Assembly: GCA_965202585.1 (NCBI GenBank)
Contig: OZ241826.1
Span: forward strand, 23,498,001 to 23,562,000
Direction of reading: 5' to 3'
Source: Thalia democratica
Lineage: Eukaryota
Length of the DNA: 64,000 nucleotides
Shown here: positions 30,131 through 43,727 of the stretch, piece by piece
Numbering within the stretch: the stretch's first letter is position 1
Layout of the letters: each line of letters starts with the position of its first letter
Position numbers and translations under genes: made by a program
The notes under the pieces: model-generated
Seen by the model: the letters and a program-made list of their open reading frames with translations, nothing else
What the model was told of the DNA's origin: nothing
Databases searched by the model: none

Positions 30131-33100
30131 ACGTTGTGAAATTAATTCGAACTAATATATTTTCATCAATTTACACATTAGGACTGTTTCAAAGAAATAA
30201 CATTTTAATATCACAAACAGTCTGTAATGTTTTTATAAATAATGTGTGGACAATTTTATGAAATAAACTTTGTACCAAGCTAGATCGTAGTTAAACTAAA
30301 GTTGTAGTAAACTTGATTACGGTGCGTTAAACTGTCGCTACAAAGTACAATAAAACTGTCGATATGCTATAATTTTATAAAAGTTTAACACTTTAGCTAT
30401 TTAGCTTATTGCAGTTTAAAGCAGTAATTTGAATTTTTTTTTAAGTTAAAAAAAAATATTTAGTTCTTCAGTTTGAAATTTTTTACAAACTAATTTAACG
30501 CTTTTTATGTTGCGTTGGCAAGATTTGTAGATAAACTTTTTAGACTGTTAAATAATTTGATTCCATAACAATAGCTATGTTTCGTAAATTGAAATTAACT
30601 TTCTGTGGTTATTACACTTTCAAAATTTAATAAGCATATCGACCGGGATTCGTATTTTTTGATTACAACTTTTAATTTGACACAAAAACGCTATACTTAT
30701 TTGTTCATAAATATATATAAAACGTTAATTTTAATAATTTCCGTACAGAGCAATAAAAACAAAAATTTATGTTTGTTTCAAATGTTTTACATCAGTTTGA
30801 AAACCCTTTTTGAGTTCAAGTATATTCATTACGGTGTTCAAATAAGTTTAATGTAGTTAAGTCATGCCAAATTTTTAAATAAAATGCATGTTTCTATACA
30901 TTGATACGATTGGTCTGCTGCCAGTTAACTTTTTTAAATGTAAAAGAAAACAGTGTTTCTAAATTTTTTTTCAACTTTTACATATCAAAATTTTATATAT
31001 AACTTTGATCATCATTTTTTGAAAATAATACCGAAAACATACTTTTAAACTCTCATTAGAGCAGTTGGCTTTAATTACTAAAAGTATACCTATTAAATAC
31101 AAGTAGTTGTATTTGTTTATTAAATACAAACTTTACATGTTCAACTCATCTCACGTATGAGAAAATTATTCGCGATGACGCGACGAATTAGAATCTCAAT
31201 TGATGTGCAATAAAAAACCACTTGAACATGTTTCATCGAGCTTCAGTTTCAGTTTCGTGTTTGTTTTGCAACTCAAGTGCTACCAATTGCTTTGTAGTGT
31301 GATTAAAGTTTAATGTTTTAGTGCGAAATGTTTAAAAACAACTTAAAGTTGATCAACTAATTAAAGTAGTATAAGTAGCGTCTTTCGTATTTATTGTAAG
31401 TATTTTTACTTTTTAATCAGTTTTTCTAAACAAAAACTTCAAACAAACTAATGTTTGTTCGTGTTAGCAAACAAAATTTACCACATTCAGGAGTAAAAAA
31501 AAATTTTTTACGTGTTATTAAGTTTTATGCATAAACTTAAACTAAAATTTGATTATTTTAGCTTTCAATAACATTTGTCGCTCAAAGCCGAATTAAACGT
31601 CCAAGATTATATAAAACCAATATTGAATATTCACATCATGTAAAGTTTTGACTTGTTGAACTATCGTAACGTGAACAAGTTTCTAAAAATTCATGCTTGC
31701 AGCAACCTCTAGCGGTAGAAATAAAATCTGCTCAAAAAGTTTCACCGGTCGTGTTATGACTTATTTAAGAACCTTTTATTAAAAAAGGTGAATAATAGCA
31801 AAAAAATATTTTTTTTTTAATTCAAACACCTCTTGCTCGTTTAAAACTTTTATTTTTTGTAAAAAGTAAAACTGAGTGTCAGTAAGTATTTTGTACTGGG
31901 CCAATAGTTAAAAGTTGAAAACAATTTTTTATTAAGTGCAAAGTATTTGAACTAACTTATAAGGACATTTGTAAGGCTTATCAAGTTAAAATCAAGTTTA
32001 TATTAGCTAAAAAATGTTAAAGTCCTAAAGCAGGCTAACCGGTTTTCCTTTATTGAACCATTATATACAAATGAAAACGATAAAAGCTGATATTACTTAT
32101 GTGTTCAATATATTCTTTGGCTTTCTTTAGTTTTTAAAATTTATCATGACTACTGAATTTATGATTATAATACATGTTTTTATAAATTACAAGTTTTTAA
32201 TTACTTTGGCAGTAAATAAAAAATAGTCATACTTTTCATGATTTGTGTCAGCGTTTTTCAAAGAAATCACCAAAAATGCGTAAAATAGTGCGCGTTTAAA
32301 TTATTTGATTTTGCACAAAAAGTTTTAAAAGCGTAAAAAATATATTATAAGCGTTTTTTTTCAACTTTTAATACAAATAATAAACAAGCTTTAGGATTTT
32401 TATACCTGTATATTAATAAATTTCTGAAGGCAAAATAAAAAACAAGATTAAATTTTGATGTAATAAATATGAAGTAATTGATTGTAAACAGTATTTTTTA
32501 GTTATTTGCGCGTTTAAAACAAAATAATAAGAATTGTTGTACGTCCAAAAACTAATTTCATGACCTACCTGATATCACTCGAAATACTTTTTAAAACGAA
32601 ACTGTTTTTTACTTATAAATAATACTTTGTAGGTACTAATATACAACAAGGTATACTGATACGGTTAGCCAGCATACGTTTTATAACTAGAAGTTATTAC
32701 TTTAACTTGCTCTTTACTGCAACTCAGCGGAAGGTTTTTTTTTTCTCGTTCTGTGACTTTTTTCCAAAATAAAGTTTTAACTTCAGATAATATTTGTGAA
32801 ATGGGTTGTTTGTAAATATTTGGACACTGGAATGTCGTTCAAAAAGCTTTTTGTTCAAAAATAAAAGTATTCACTGCAAAATAATTAGTGCGATTCTCAT
32901 TTACGTAGGTTATAACTTTAATTTAAAAGTCATAAAAAGAACGTAAAAACAAGGTTTTTATTTTACTAAAACTTTAAGTCCTATAAATATAATACTAAGC
33001 TTTTCATGTGTTGCGATGTTCTTTATACAAGTTTTAAAGCGATTGCTTTGTTATGAATACATCAATCTTTATTTTCCAGATAAAATTTAGTCTCTAATCA

Positions 33101-33839
33101 TTAACTTAACTGTTTTCATTATATAGAGCTTTGTTTAAAAAATAACAAGATTTACTGAATAATTAAAAGAATAAAAGTTTACAAAATGGTGCGCATATCA
33201 ACTGTTTTACTGCAAAACTTTGAATTAATTATTTTCCCCTATATATTAAATCTTCCTTTTTTGTCTAACACATTGCAGATAGCTTGAACAAGTTGGTTAT
33301 ATATATTTTAAAAACAAACTTAACTAATCCGTAAAAAGAGTTGTTGTTCTTATAAAAATAATTAAGTACGAAGTGGTAATTGTGCATATATTACTTCATT
33401 AGTCATCGAATGACTTATCCATAGGTTTAAAAATAGCATTGCTAAGTTTAAAAATACTGGGAAATAACTTATCACATTGAAACCAAAAACCAGCACAATA
33501 CAATCTTTATAAGTTTTGAAACCACTAGTTTGAACCATCAAAAAAAAAACACATTTAGTATGCTTTATAGAAAAATACTTAAAAAATTCATAGAAGATAT
33601 TTTAATTAAAGTTGTAATTTTTTAATAACATCTTTAAAAATATTAAAAAAAGTATCATTCACAAACTTAATTTTAATAAAAACATCTTTAGTTTATGTTG
33701 AAGTTATATTATAAAACGCGTCGAAAAACCTTACAGTACAATAGTGTGAATAAAATGTGTTTACGTTTTCATAATTAAAAACTGACATAAGTTTTCAAGA
33801 AAAATCTCAAACTAGACATCAGCAAGGGAGCTAATAATA

Positions 33840-34290
33840 TCTAATCAGTCCACCAAATTAAAAACCCATAAAACCCTTAAATTGATTGCTTCAACCGATC
33901 TGATTGTTTTTCAGATGTCAATCCATTTAGTTTTTATTGGCTCGAAAAAAACAATGCAAGCGACTTAACCCTGATCATTTAATCTCTAACAAGTTTAGAT
34001 TTTATTTTAAACAGCTTTTGCTATGAAACGTAGCGAAATGAGCTCCAAAAATAAAAACACTGTATTCGATCTAAAACATTAACTTTGTTGAAAAAACCTA
34101 CAATTTTTTCAGCTAAAATCTTAAATAATTTATCAGCAAGGAATAAAACCCAATCAGTCCACCGAACTAAACCCTCGTAAAACCAACAAACTGATTGTTT
34201 TCGCAAACCGAATTGTTTTTTCAGATGTCAGACTTAATCCGTTTACTTTTTTATTAGCCCAGATCGACTTAATCCTTGATCATTTTCAAC
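33840..34290. repeat. About 310-bp-spaced degenerate duplication
   Basis: aatcagtccacc...tgattgttttt-cagatgtca...gacttaa-cc-tgatcattt occurs twice. Confidence 0.7.
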
Positions 34291-34442
34291 GTTAAACTTG
34301 TTTTCGTTCTTGTCAAAACAGATTTGCCCAGCACGCTTACTTTTTATCCGAACGATTTGAACGTAATCGTTTGAAGATAAAGAAACCCTTTGTCTGTTGC
34401 CTAAAACAACCTTGGCAACCAGTCTGGGGTTTACATAACAAG

Positions 34443-34456
34443 GTTTCCATGGTAAC
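34443..34456. promoter_or_regulatory. RFX X-box GTTTCCATGGTAAC
   Basis: Matches the established X-box consensus GTNRCC(N0-3)RGYAAC closely and lies in a GC-rich island. Confidence 0.55.
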
Positions 34457-35191
34457 CGATGCGTATCCGAGGGGGTTGTCACGCAACATGAAGACCTGCG
34501 GTTGCTAATTAGTTTGCTTTCTAAGAACGAGATTACTCAAGAGCAGATATTTTAAAAGCCGAATGTTTTTTGAAAAGTGTTTATTTTGATGAATTAACTT
34601 TAATCATTCAAATCAATCATAAGTTGTAAAATAAAAATTGAAGTTTTATGAATAAAATGTCTAAATAAATCTTTTGGTCGTAAATTTTATATCTGTTTGT
34701 ATGTAAATATCACAGTATAAAGCTTTCCCAGGATGGCTTTTTATGACGTCTGTAAAGTATCTGGTTTCATTGATTAATCATAAGATTGATGGTAATTCAA
34801 TCAGTGCGAAGTTTTATATCGTTGCATTTTTGTTCAATATTGGTTTTACTTGAATTTGATAAACAATAGAATGGTATGACATTTAAATTCTCACAATAAA
34901 ATAAATACGTTTATGTAATTTAAGCCTTTTTTGTATTCCTTTAGAAATTTATGTGTTTCTTTTTGTTGTATAGATTTAGTGGAATTGAGTATTGTTCTGT
35001 ATTTCTTTTGAAATATATTTGTTCGTTGTTTATATATATATATATAAATATATACACCAAGCTATTTACTGTAATTGTAAGCTATTTTGTAATAAAACTA
35101 GACTTTTTAGTTGAACTTTTACTTTTTTACACTTTCCAAACAAAAATTACAAAGCTCTACTGATAATGATAAGATCGTCACGTATCAATCG

Positions 35192-35225
35192 GTTGCTTAG
35201 CAACGTGTCACGGTTGCTTAGAAAC
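35192..35225. promoter_or_regulatory. Two X-box-like sites 21 bp apart (GTTGCTTAGCAAC, GTTGCTTAGAAAC)
   Basis: Read directly; near-palindromic RFX-type sites. Confidence 0.55.
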
Positions 35226-36626
35226 GGAGGGGACAAAGGTTTCAAGTCATGGTCCTGCAGTTTCAACTGGTTGACTGATCAACCGCTGGTCCAGAAATAA
35301 CTGCTCAATGTACCATGCAAGACCATTAGTCCGTAGTGAGTCTGTAGTGTCTTGATTTCAGTCGTTTTCTCAAAGTTTATGACATAGTTTTGTTGGTTTA
35401 GAAAGAAAAATGTTTTAAAATTTCTTTTTGAATTAACGTTTTTTAGCTTGAAGAGTCCAAAGCAACTCAAAAAACATCAGAGTTTTTGTCTTTTCTTACG
35501 ATATTGAAAGTACTAAATAGTTTTTGGTTAAAGCTAAAAGAACAAAGCTTTATTTTATGAAGGATATGTTAAAAAAATATCAAAAGACCTAGAAAGTTTT
35601 AAAACTTTTATCTTATAAAGTTCAATATTTTTTTACTCAAAGAACTATAATACCTGCTATTAAGCTTTGTTTTGTAACAAGCATTTTAAGATAGAGTACC
35701 AACAGATGGTCAAAAAACATAAAACCAGGTTAAGACTTTCAAAGCACCGAAATTAGTTTTTTTACCAAAACAAATTTAAACGAGTCGGCCAAAAAACAAG
35801 ATAAGATAACCTCAAACACATTGCCAAGTTTCAGAGATAAAAATTTTGGCAGCCAAACGCTGCTCTTTACGTAAGAAGCGGGAGCGGCCGTGACAACTGA
35901 TCCGTGACGACGGTTGCCACGGAGACAAATCTCGTTTCCAAGCAGCAGCGGCGGGGACCTGGGTTGTCAGGGATTTACTCATTAGGCGAAATCGAACAAG
36001 GCCTTTCGTTGTCAGGCAAATACTCTTCTATGGAGCGTAAATGGCGCGTTGAAAGATTAAAGTTTCGTGGGTTTTGTTGTGCAAATACCTGCGGCAAATT
36101 CCCATCTTTTAACAAGTGTTACTTAGTGTTTTTTTATGTAATACTTGTGGGTGAAATTCAGCTTTTTCAAAAGAACTTTTAATGGATTGCATTTGTAGAT
36201 GATAAAAAATCATGGCTCAAATGAAGTATTTTAAGTTTTGAAAAATCTCTGAAGCATCTTTTAACAAGTGTTACTTAATGTGTTTTCTGTATTATTCTTA
36301 GTATTGTGTTTTCTAGATATCTTTAAATGATTACTTTTATTGTGTTTTTGGGTGATAAGGGTTAAGTCATAAGTCAAGAAAATATAATATAAGTCTTTGA
36401 AATGTATTCGTTTCAGTTGAAATAAATAAAAAACAAGTTCTGCTTACTTTACAGCTGGTCCTAAAAACACTTTATCTTAAAAAAATCGAAATAGTTGTAA
36501 TTAATACATTTCAAACTTTATAAAACAGTAGTTTTAAAGTAATATAAGTAATATATTGTTAAAAGTTCAAATAAGTTGAAAAGGTACAATAGAATTAATC
36601 AAGAAGCTTTTCGAAATCGCTCTGTC

Positions 36627-36690
36627 AGTCTTGCATAGCAACAGACCTTGCATGGCAACAGACGTACCGTAGCAACCGGTACCGGTAACT
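36627..36690. repeat. 17-bp tandem cassette of X-box-like units
   Basis: cttgcatagcaaca / gaccttgcatggcaaca / gacgtaccgtagcaacc. Confidence 0.75.
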
Positions 36691-37139
36691 AACACCAAAT
36701 TAAGGGTCAGTAGGCTACTCATCTATAAAAATGTAAACAAATACTTTTTGCATAGCCTACTTTTATTATAACTTACTTTGCTTCTCAGGTCAATTGATAT
36801 GCTTTTTTTTATTTATGCTTACTGTTTAAAAAGATAAAACTAATATTTTACAGAAGTACTCTGACGAACAATAAATTAGTTTAAAAGGAAGTAATTATAA
36901 ATTTAAAAGTACAATAGAGTTTTGTTTATCAGCTACATAAATCATACTTAAAGCTTTTTTTTATAGCGAATTGTTCGCATAGGTTCGTAAGACTTTTTTG
37001 TTTAATTTTAAGAAAGACAACTAATAATTTTTAAAAGATGCTTTTCGTTTTAAATGTCATCAGACTTTCTCACACTCTTAGTACTCAAAAACGTTTACGT
37101 TTCATCCAAACACATGCCTTTGGCGTGAACCGTAAATAA

Positions 37140-37730
37140 AAGTTTGGTGTAACTTGTTTAGTAAACAAGAACAGCTCCTAGCATAAATTTTACCTTATTA
37201 TGTTAGGGTGGGACTCGTTTAGTAAACAAAAACTTAAAAAAAAAACTTTAAACATTTTTTAATTAATTTTTTTTTACCATATCATGTTATAAAGGTAAAA
37301 GTTGTATACTAAACAAGAAGAACTCTAAACACCAATTTTTTACTTAGAATGAATTTTACCCTTTTGCCATTATGGGTTAAACTTTTCAAAAAAAAAAAAA
37401 ACCTTTTAAAATAAACTTTAGCCTTTTTGATTTAAAAAGTTTTACCTTGAAATTTAAGAAGGGTAGAATAAAAGTTGTCAACTTAACAAAAATAACTCCA
37501 AACATTATCTATTATTTAAAATTAACCCTATTAAGTTGGGGTGGAACTTGTATACTAAACAAAAATGAAGTTTTATTTAAACTAGTTACTCAAGTTTTAC
37601 CTTTTTATGGTAGAGTTAAACTTGTTTGATACATAAGACCCCAATGTAAACTGCTGGTTCAAAACTTTGCTAAATTTTATTAGGGTGTAAATTGTTTAGC
37701 ATAAACAAAACCCTCAGAACGAAAACTTCA
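37140..37730. repeat. Degenerate low-copy tandem repeat
   Basis: Recurring aattttaccc...ggg...tactaaacaa / gtttagtaaacaa blocks. Confidence 0.5.
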
Positions 37731-39522
37731 AATTTAAAACTTTTGCAACCTCATGAAATGTTTTGGCTGATCCTTGTGCAACCACTTATTTACTCACAAA
37801 CAAATTACACACCATCGGGTGTACAGGCAACAAATTATACGCAGCGAGGCCCCATTATCTAATTATCCGCCTCGGCCAACCGATAATTTGGCTTTTGTCG
37901 AGGCCAATTCGCCGCATTTTCTTATTTATTTTGGGATAAAAAGTTTGCAGAATAATACTATAGTTCGTTGCACAAGTATATTTTGTAAAAAAAAGGTTTA
38001 TTATGTACATTTTATTAAAGTGTTGTGTTGGTGTCTTGAAATTGTTATGTACAATACAAGTTGTGTTTTTTTTATGAGTATAAGTTGCTTTTTATATGTT
38101 TTTATTTTCGAATTATGTTGTCATATAAATTATTAATAAGTCGTTTTTAGTGTAAAAAGTAATGAAAACAAACAATGTTTATGTTCATAAATATTTCAAA
38201 ATTATCTATTCGAAAATAAAACCAGACAGTCTCTTTTTAATGAAAGACGTATGATAAAAATAAAAAAAACAATTAAATTGTCCATGAAACTTTTAGACAA
38301 TCAATTAGATGAACAGACAGTCGCTGTATGTTTTGCGAAAGTCAAGTACACGCCTAAATCGAACTAAATTAACCAAATAATTATTGTTTAAAACAACAAA
38401 AATAACTATTCATTTAAAACAAACACGGTCTATCCGCTGACTGATTACTGAAAATCACCATTGTTACCCAAGATAAAAATTCAACCTTAAACATTTTCAT
38501 TAAAACAATGTAATAAAAACCGTTGGTGCGTAAACTTAATTAAAACAGATATACTCGTAAATGCCTCGTATGTTGAAAACATAAATTAAATTAGGGATGG
38601 TCTCAGGTATTTGCATCAATCTTTTCGGAGATCTTTCTGCGCACCTGCTGGCTAATGAAAAATAATTTAATATTGTGGTTGTGTTACGAAACAAACTGGT
38701 TTAGTTGGCTTTTGTTTCAAGAATTTGTTTGAAGTTTTGAGATACTGTGAATATTTTCAAACCGCACTTCAGTGAAAGGTGAAGAAAAAAATTGAAATTT
38801 TTTCTGAAACAACTTTTATTGCGAAATTTACTTACCTCCTACACAAAGTCAAAAATTAAAAGTTAAAGTACATATCAGTCTTAAAATGGTTTGAAAAAGG
38901 AAGTTGATGTATACTTTTAATTTACTCTCTGGAAACTTATAAGTTCTAGAAAAATTGTTAACCACATTTCAGTAAAATATTATTAAAATTAAGTAAGTTA
39001 TCTTGCACTACTCTAAGAAAAACAATTTATTGCGAAATCTGCTCTTCATCAACACAAGTTTTAATAAAAAGATATACTTGAAAAGACATTTAAAAATGAA
39101 GTGAATGTATTTTAAATAAATTTAATAAACTGCATTTGTAAAAATATAAACTTTGGAAGTATTTTTATTCATATTTCTAAACTGTTTATTTTTTAAACTT
39201 AAGCTTTTTATATCTTTACTTACATGCGTATAACAAAAACTTAAATTTAAAGTACCTCAACAAAAAACACTATCTGATTTTTTGAAAACATGAAATTTAT
39301 AAACCCTAGTCTTATGGTTGTAAAGTTATCTTTCAAAACTGAACTTGTAGCATTAATCTCGGTAAGTAAGTAGGTAGAAAGCTATTTAAAGCTTATTTTG
39401 AGCTACTAACGTTCATTCAACATTAAGATAACACATAAAAAGTATATCTGCAAAAATGTTTACAATTGGAACTACTCATCTGTGGTCAACTTATTCAATT
39501 GTTACGTAATTATTGCACCGCT

Positions 39523-39603
39523 GACCTTGCGTAGCAACAGACCTACCATGGCAACAGACCTAGCATAGCAACAGACGTTGCGTAGCGACCGATGTTGCGT
39601 AGA
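39523..39603. repeat. 17-bp tandem cassette of X-box-like units, about 5 copies
   Basis: gaccttgcgtagcaaca / gacctaccatggcaaca / gacctagcatagcaaca / gacgttgcgtagcgacc / gatgttgcgtaga. Confidence 0.8.
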
Positions 39604-40206
39604 GGGGGAGTTTTCGTGTCACGGTGACAGTTTTGGCGGGCATTGATGGCCACTCAAGGGTGTTATGACAAATATTTTGGTGCCTAGTAACCTAGTGCAT
39701 GACAACTAAGGGTAGCTAGATAACTAGTGCATGGTAAGTCATAAAGTGTAGCAAACAATTATTTACAGAACTTGTGGTATTACCACTATTGTCTATCAAG
39801 CAAATTATTTGAGGTATTGAAAGCTTTTATTTCAAAAAAAGTATATTAATCAGCTGTCCTACTCTTATGTTTTAGTTTTATAATTACAAATTGGAAACAA
39901 AAATAAAAGTCTTCAAGCAAACAGAAAAATTCTGAAAATGGAGTTTAACGCTAACTTTCGACCAGCAAAGTTTTGTTCACAAGATTTTTGGTTTTATGAG
40001 TTTTTAGTTTTTGTTTTACTCTAGAAATCGTTTACCAACTTTCTATTAATACCATATTACTTTTGAAAACCTAATCAAATTAAACCGTTTGTAGATCAAC
40101 TAATGAAAAATATCACTTATTCAAATAGAATTCTCGAACATTTTATTAACATTTAAATACCAACTTATATATGAAAATTAAAACAAAATAAATTTATAAA
40201 ACCAAC

Positions 40207-40324
40207 TTGATCTCTTGCTTCCGTTCTTGCTCTTCCTAGACTTGCTGTTGCTCCTGGCAACCTGGTGTTGTTGGGGCGACATGACGATCTGTTGGGGCAT
40301 CTGACTGTGGTAGTTACCGTTGTT
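40207..40324 (-). CDS. Pax2/5/8: Distal isoform coding exon 3 (NNGNYHSQ...RKSKNGSKRS)
   Basis: Acceptor tttttcag|aac. The phase-1 donor caa|gttggt fits the paired-box exon at 22677. A second donor (ttg|gtttta, exon end 40203, phase 2) is also possible. Confidence 0.65.
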
Positions 40325-40740
40325 CTGAAAAATTAAGTTATGCAGTTTATAACTGTTTAAATAAGCTGTTTTTACTTTTTATTGTTTTGTAGATATACGA
40401 AATTGCTTAGAACAAAAAGCGTGTTATTGTTCCAAAACTAATTTTTTCTAATTTTAACAGTTTGTCCTCTACTAGTATTTAAACTTTCATTAGATCATAA
40501 ATTTATACAATACTAAGTTGAAAATCTTATTTTATAACAAGTATTTTAAAATCATCATTTATAAAATTCAAAATAAGTCCTTAAAAATTGTTAATTTCTT
40601 GTTTTTAAAACTAATTTTTAAGTTTCACTCTTTTAATATATGAGTATAAAAAGATTTTCAATAAACTACTAAAGTATAAAAAGTATTGCTGTATTTACTT
40701 TGTTTAAATCTAAAAAAAATATCAAAATAAAAATACAAAC

Positions 40741-41022
40741 CTGCTGTTGCTGCTGATGGTGGTACTGAATTTCCTGCTGCTGTGGTTGCCCCCCGTGGTA
40801 ACCGCCCTGTCCACCATGGTTGCCATGGTTACCTACCTGCTGGTTGTCAATGACGTGCACTAGATGGTGCTCGGTGATTGGCTGCAGCTGCTCGTACGTC
40901 ACCAGCTGGTCTTCGCAAGACTGTGACGTCACAATGTGCGGTTGTTGGTAGTGGGAGGAGGGGATGCCCCCGTAAATCTGGGGAGTCGAGAAGTCCGTGG
41001 CCTGCGGGTCCGCCTGAAGCAT
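40741..41022 (-). CDS. Pax2/5/8: Distal isoform coding exon 2 (MLQADPQ...HHQQQQQ, 94 aa)
   Basis: Acceptor ccttcag|atg, donor cag|gtttgt, 282 nt, phase 0-0, GC-rich codons in an AT-rich background. Confidence 0.8.
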
Positions 41023-42599
41023 CTGAAGGTGTACAATGAAAATAACTAAAAAATCAAATTAAAAACTAACTTAATTTTTTTTTGTCTTTGCTTAAGCATA
41101 TACGACAATCTATAAAACAATTGCTAAAATAGTGCACTTACTATTCAGTTGCTTAAAAGCATTTCCGTTAGTTTATATCTCGGGGGTTAAGGTAAAATAT
41201 CGAAGAGTGATTTAGATATAAACGTAAAATACTTTTTTAAGTGTATAAACTTTTAAGTTTAGCTTTTAACTTTCAGTATTTAGTAAAAATAACATATCGA
41301 ACGATATACAATGGATTGTATAAATTTGTTGGCCTGGAAGTTTTTTTTTAAGTTTTAAGAAACTTTTAATACATATATTTCATTTTTATAACTAATACTT
41401 AAAATAACTTTTTTAAAGAAATTATGTAAAATTTTATTTTAAATATGAATGTTTTACATATTTTTAAGAAAGGAAGCAAAGTTATAAAGAGTTACACAGC
41501 ATTACGAAATCCGAATTTAATAGCTTTGTTGAAAGGAACAAAAAGTCTTCCCAAAAATATGCAGCACAAAGTTATTTATAAATGTAATTCAACTTCTCAT
41601 TCAGCTGCATCAGTTTGATTAAACCATTGTCATTTGAAAGAAAGTTCTCACATTTCGACGTTTCAAACTGTAATGAATTGAACCAAGGCTCTATAGACGC
41701 GCATATGTATCATATTATGAAGAATTCCTTTTGTTTGCGCAAACCGCAGGTGCTGAAAAAGCACTTAAAAACAGCTTTAAGGAATGATACGTGGCCAGAA
41801 GTTATTTTGGATTTTCTGTCTGTTTTATTGGATTTACTTTAATAAAATTCTGAAGTTTTTCTTAGTATTTGGAAAACAAAACCTACGTAAGCATGAAACT
41901 TTAAACTAATGATGCTTATTGTGATATGCATGGTTACATAAAGAATAACATTTTTATGATAAAAATAGAAGCTTTTATTGGGTATATTCCTTTTAGAATT
42001 TAAAAAAAGAATTGTTTAAGTTTTTGTTCCTTTTTTTTTGTAAAAAGTTGAATCTTACATAATCTTGCAAACTATTATGAGACTTTTAAGGGAAACTAAA
42101 AAACTAATTTTAAGTCTAAATGTAATCTAAAACAATAGTAAAGTCAACTAATGAAGGTTAATGTAGTAAAAATGAATTAGAAAATGTAAAATTATTGAAA
42201 AAGATAAATTTTAGTTACTAAAAGTAAACAGATATTTTAGAAAAGTTTTTTGGCTATACACAAAAAAGTAGTTTCAAACTGAAAAAGAGTTGCTTGAAAG
42301 TACTATTTAAAAAAAAAAGTTTACAAAAAGTTTCAAAAATGTTTATTAAAAGCGGTAATTCATAACAGCTAAGAATTCAACCGATGTTTTTACAATTGAA
42401 ACAAAAGGTTGAACGGTATATTTTTTGGTTATAAAAGCTAACAGTTATACATTTTTATTAATTTGTTTTTAAAGTAAAATTTCATAAAAATTTAATTTTA
42501 AAATCTACAACATGCAGCTCGAAAATTTTTTAAAAAATCTTTGTAAAGCTCAACTGCAAAATAAATACGTGCTTTCTTTCCATTATTATCCACAACACC

Positions 42600-43140
42600 C
42601 ATCAACGCGCATTGGAGTCAAAACAGCGGAAACAACGTTCAAACCATTCAATACACCTTGACACGGGGGCGAGCGGGAAGATTATTGCGTCACAAACGGG
42701 AGATTATGACGCAACACCGGGACGCTGGTGCAGTCAAGCGTGAAAAGACTCTTAACTCCGCCGTTGGAGCGTGAAAGACTCAGCATCCAACATGAATGAC
42801 TTCAGTTTAAACTTTTCTGCGGACTTCCGAAGTTGTTCTTGTGTCTGGCAGAATGGAAATCGAGCGTTTGTGACATGCCAAAGGCTTCAATGAAAAGGGG
42901 AAGACAATCAAAAACCGCGCCATTCGCTTAAACAAACACCCTTTTGCAGAACAAGAACAGTGTTAGACTGAAAAAAAAAACAGATTTGCAAGCAATAACA
43001 ACGCTTTCAAAAGTAAATAAACATGTTATGGAGCGCTTAGCGCTGTGAAAAGCATAAAAACACACGGGCTTATGCGGGTTGAAATGTGCGGAAGGTTTTG
43101 TTTGTGGACGGCTTAGACGTTGCATTATGCTAATGACAGC
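42600..43140. promoter_or_regulatory. GC-rich regulatory island with a full paired-domain site and two inverted TGACGCAA sites
   Basis: TGCAGTCAAGCGTGA at 42729-42743, GAGCGTGA at 42767-42774, and ttgcgtca / tgacgcaa at about 42685-42712. Confidence 0.55.
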
Positions 43141-43727
43141 CTTTTAAGAAGAGTTGTGAGCTGTAATAAAGATGAAAATTACATATTTACAAACAAATTG
43201 CTATGTTGTACATACATTTTTGTCTTTAAAGTAAACTAGTTATTTGTGTCTAAACTGAAGAAGCTGTAATGTGAGTAGCATTTTTAAAGTGCTTTTTAAA
43301 AGTATTTTGTGGGTAACACGTGTAATTTACTTCAAATATGAAGTAATTAACACACTACAGGTGCCAAAAGATTACTTTAAAAGCTTTTAACTTAACAAGT
43401 GCTTAATACTTTCTTTGTTGTAAAGGAAATAATACAAATTTAACTTTCAATAATTTTGTCATGTTGTGTATAAAAGTTTGACAGTCTAGTTTTATCATAA
43501 TAATTACCTTAAACTATTTTTTGATTTACCACGATCAAAAATTTAATCAAAGCAAAGTAAACAAGTTGCCAATAAACACTAGTGCTAAATATATTTTTAG
43601 TTTATATATTTTTTTTAAGTTACAAATTAAAAGCTATTTTTGGTAGAGTAACAAATAAAGTCTTTGTTTTTTGATCAAAATAAGAACTGTTTATGTATAT
43701 TTTTATAAAATCAAAATAGTTCTTCAC

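Noticed and set aside
35870-36190. GC-rich patch or 92-aa ORF as a coding exon
   Set aside because: No Q/N-type codon signature and no consistent splice phases; better explained as an X-box-containing regulatory island.
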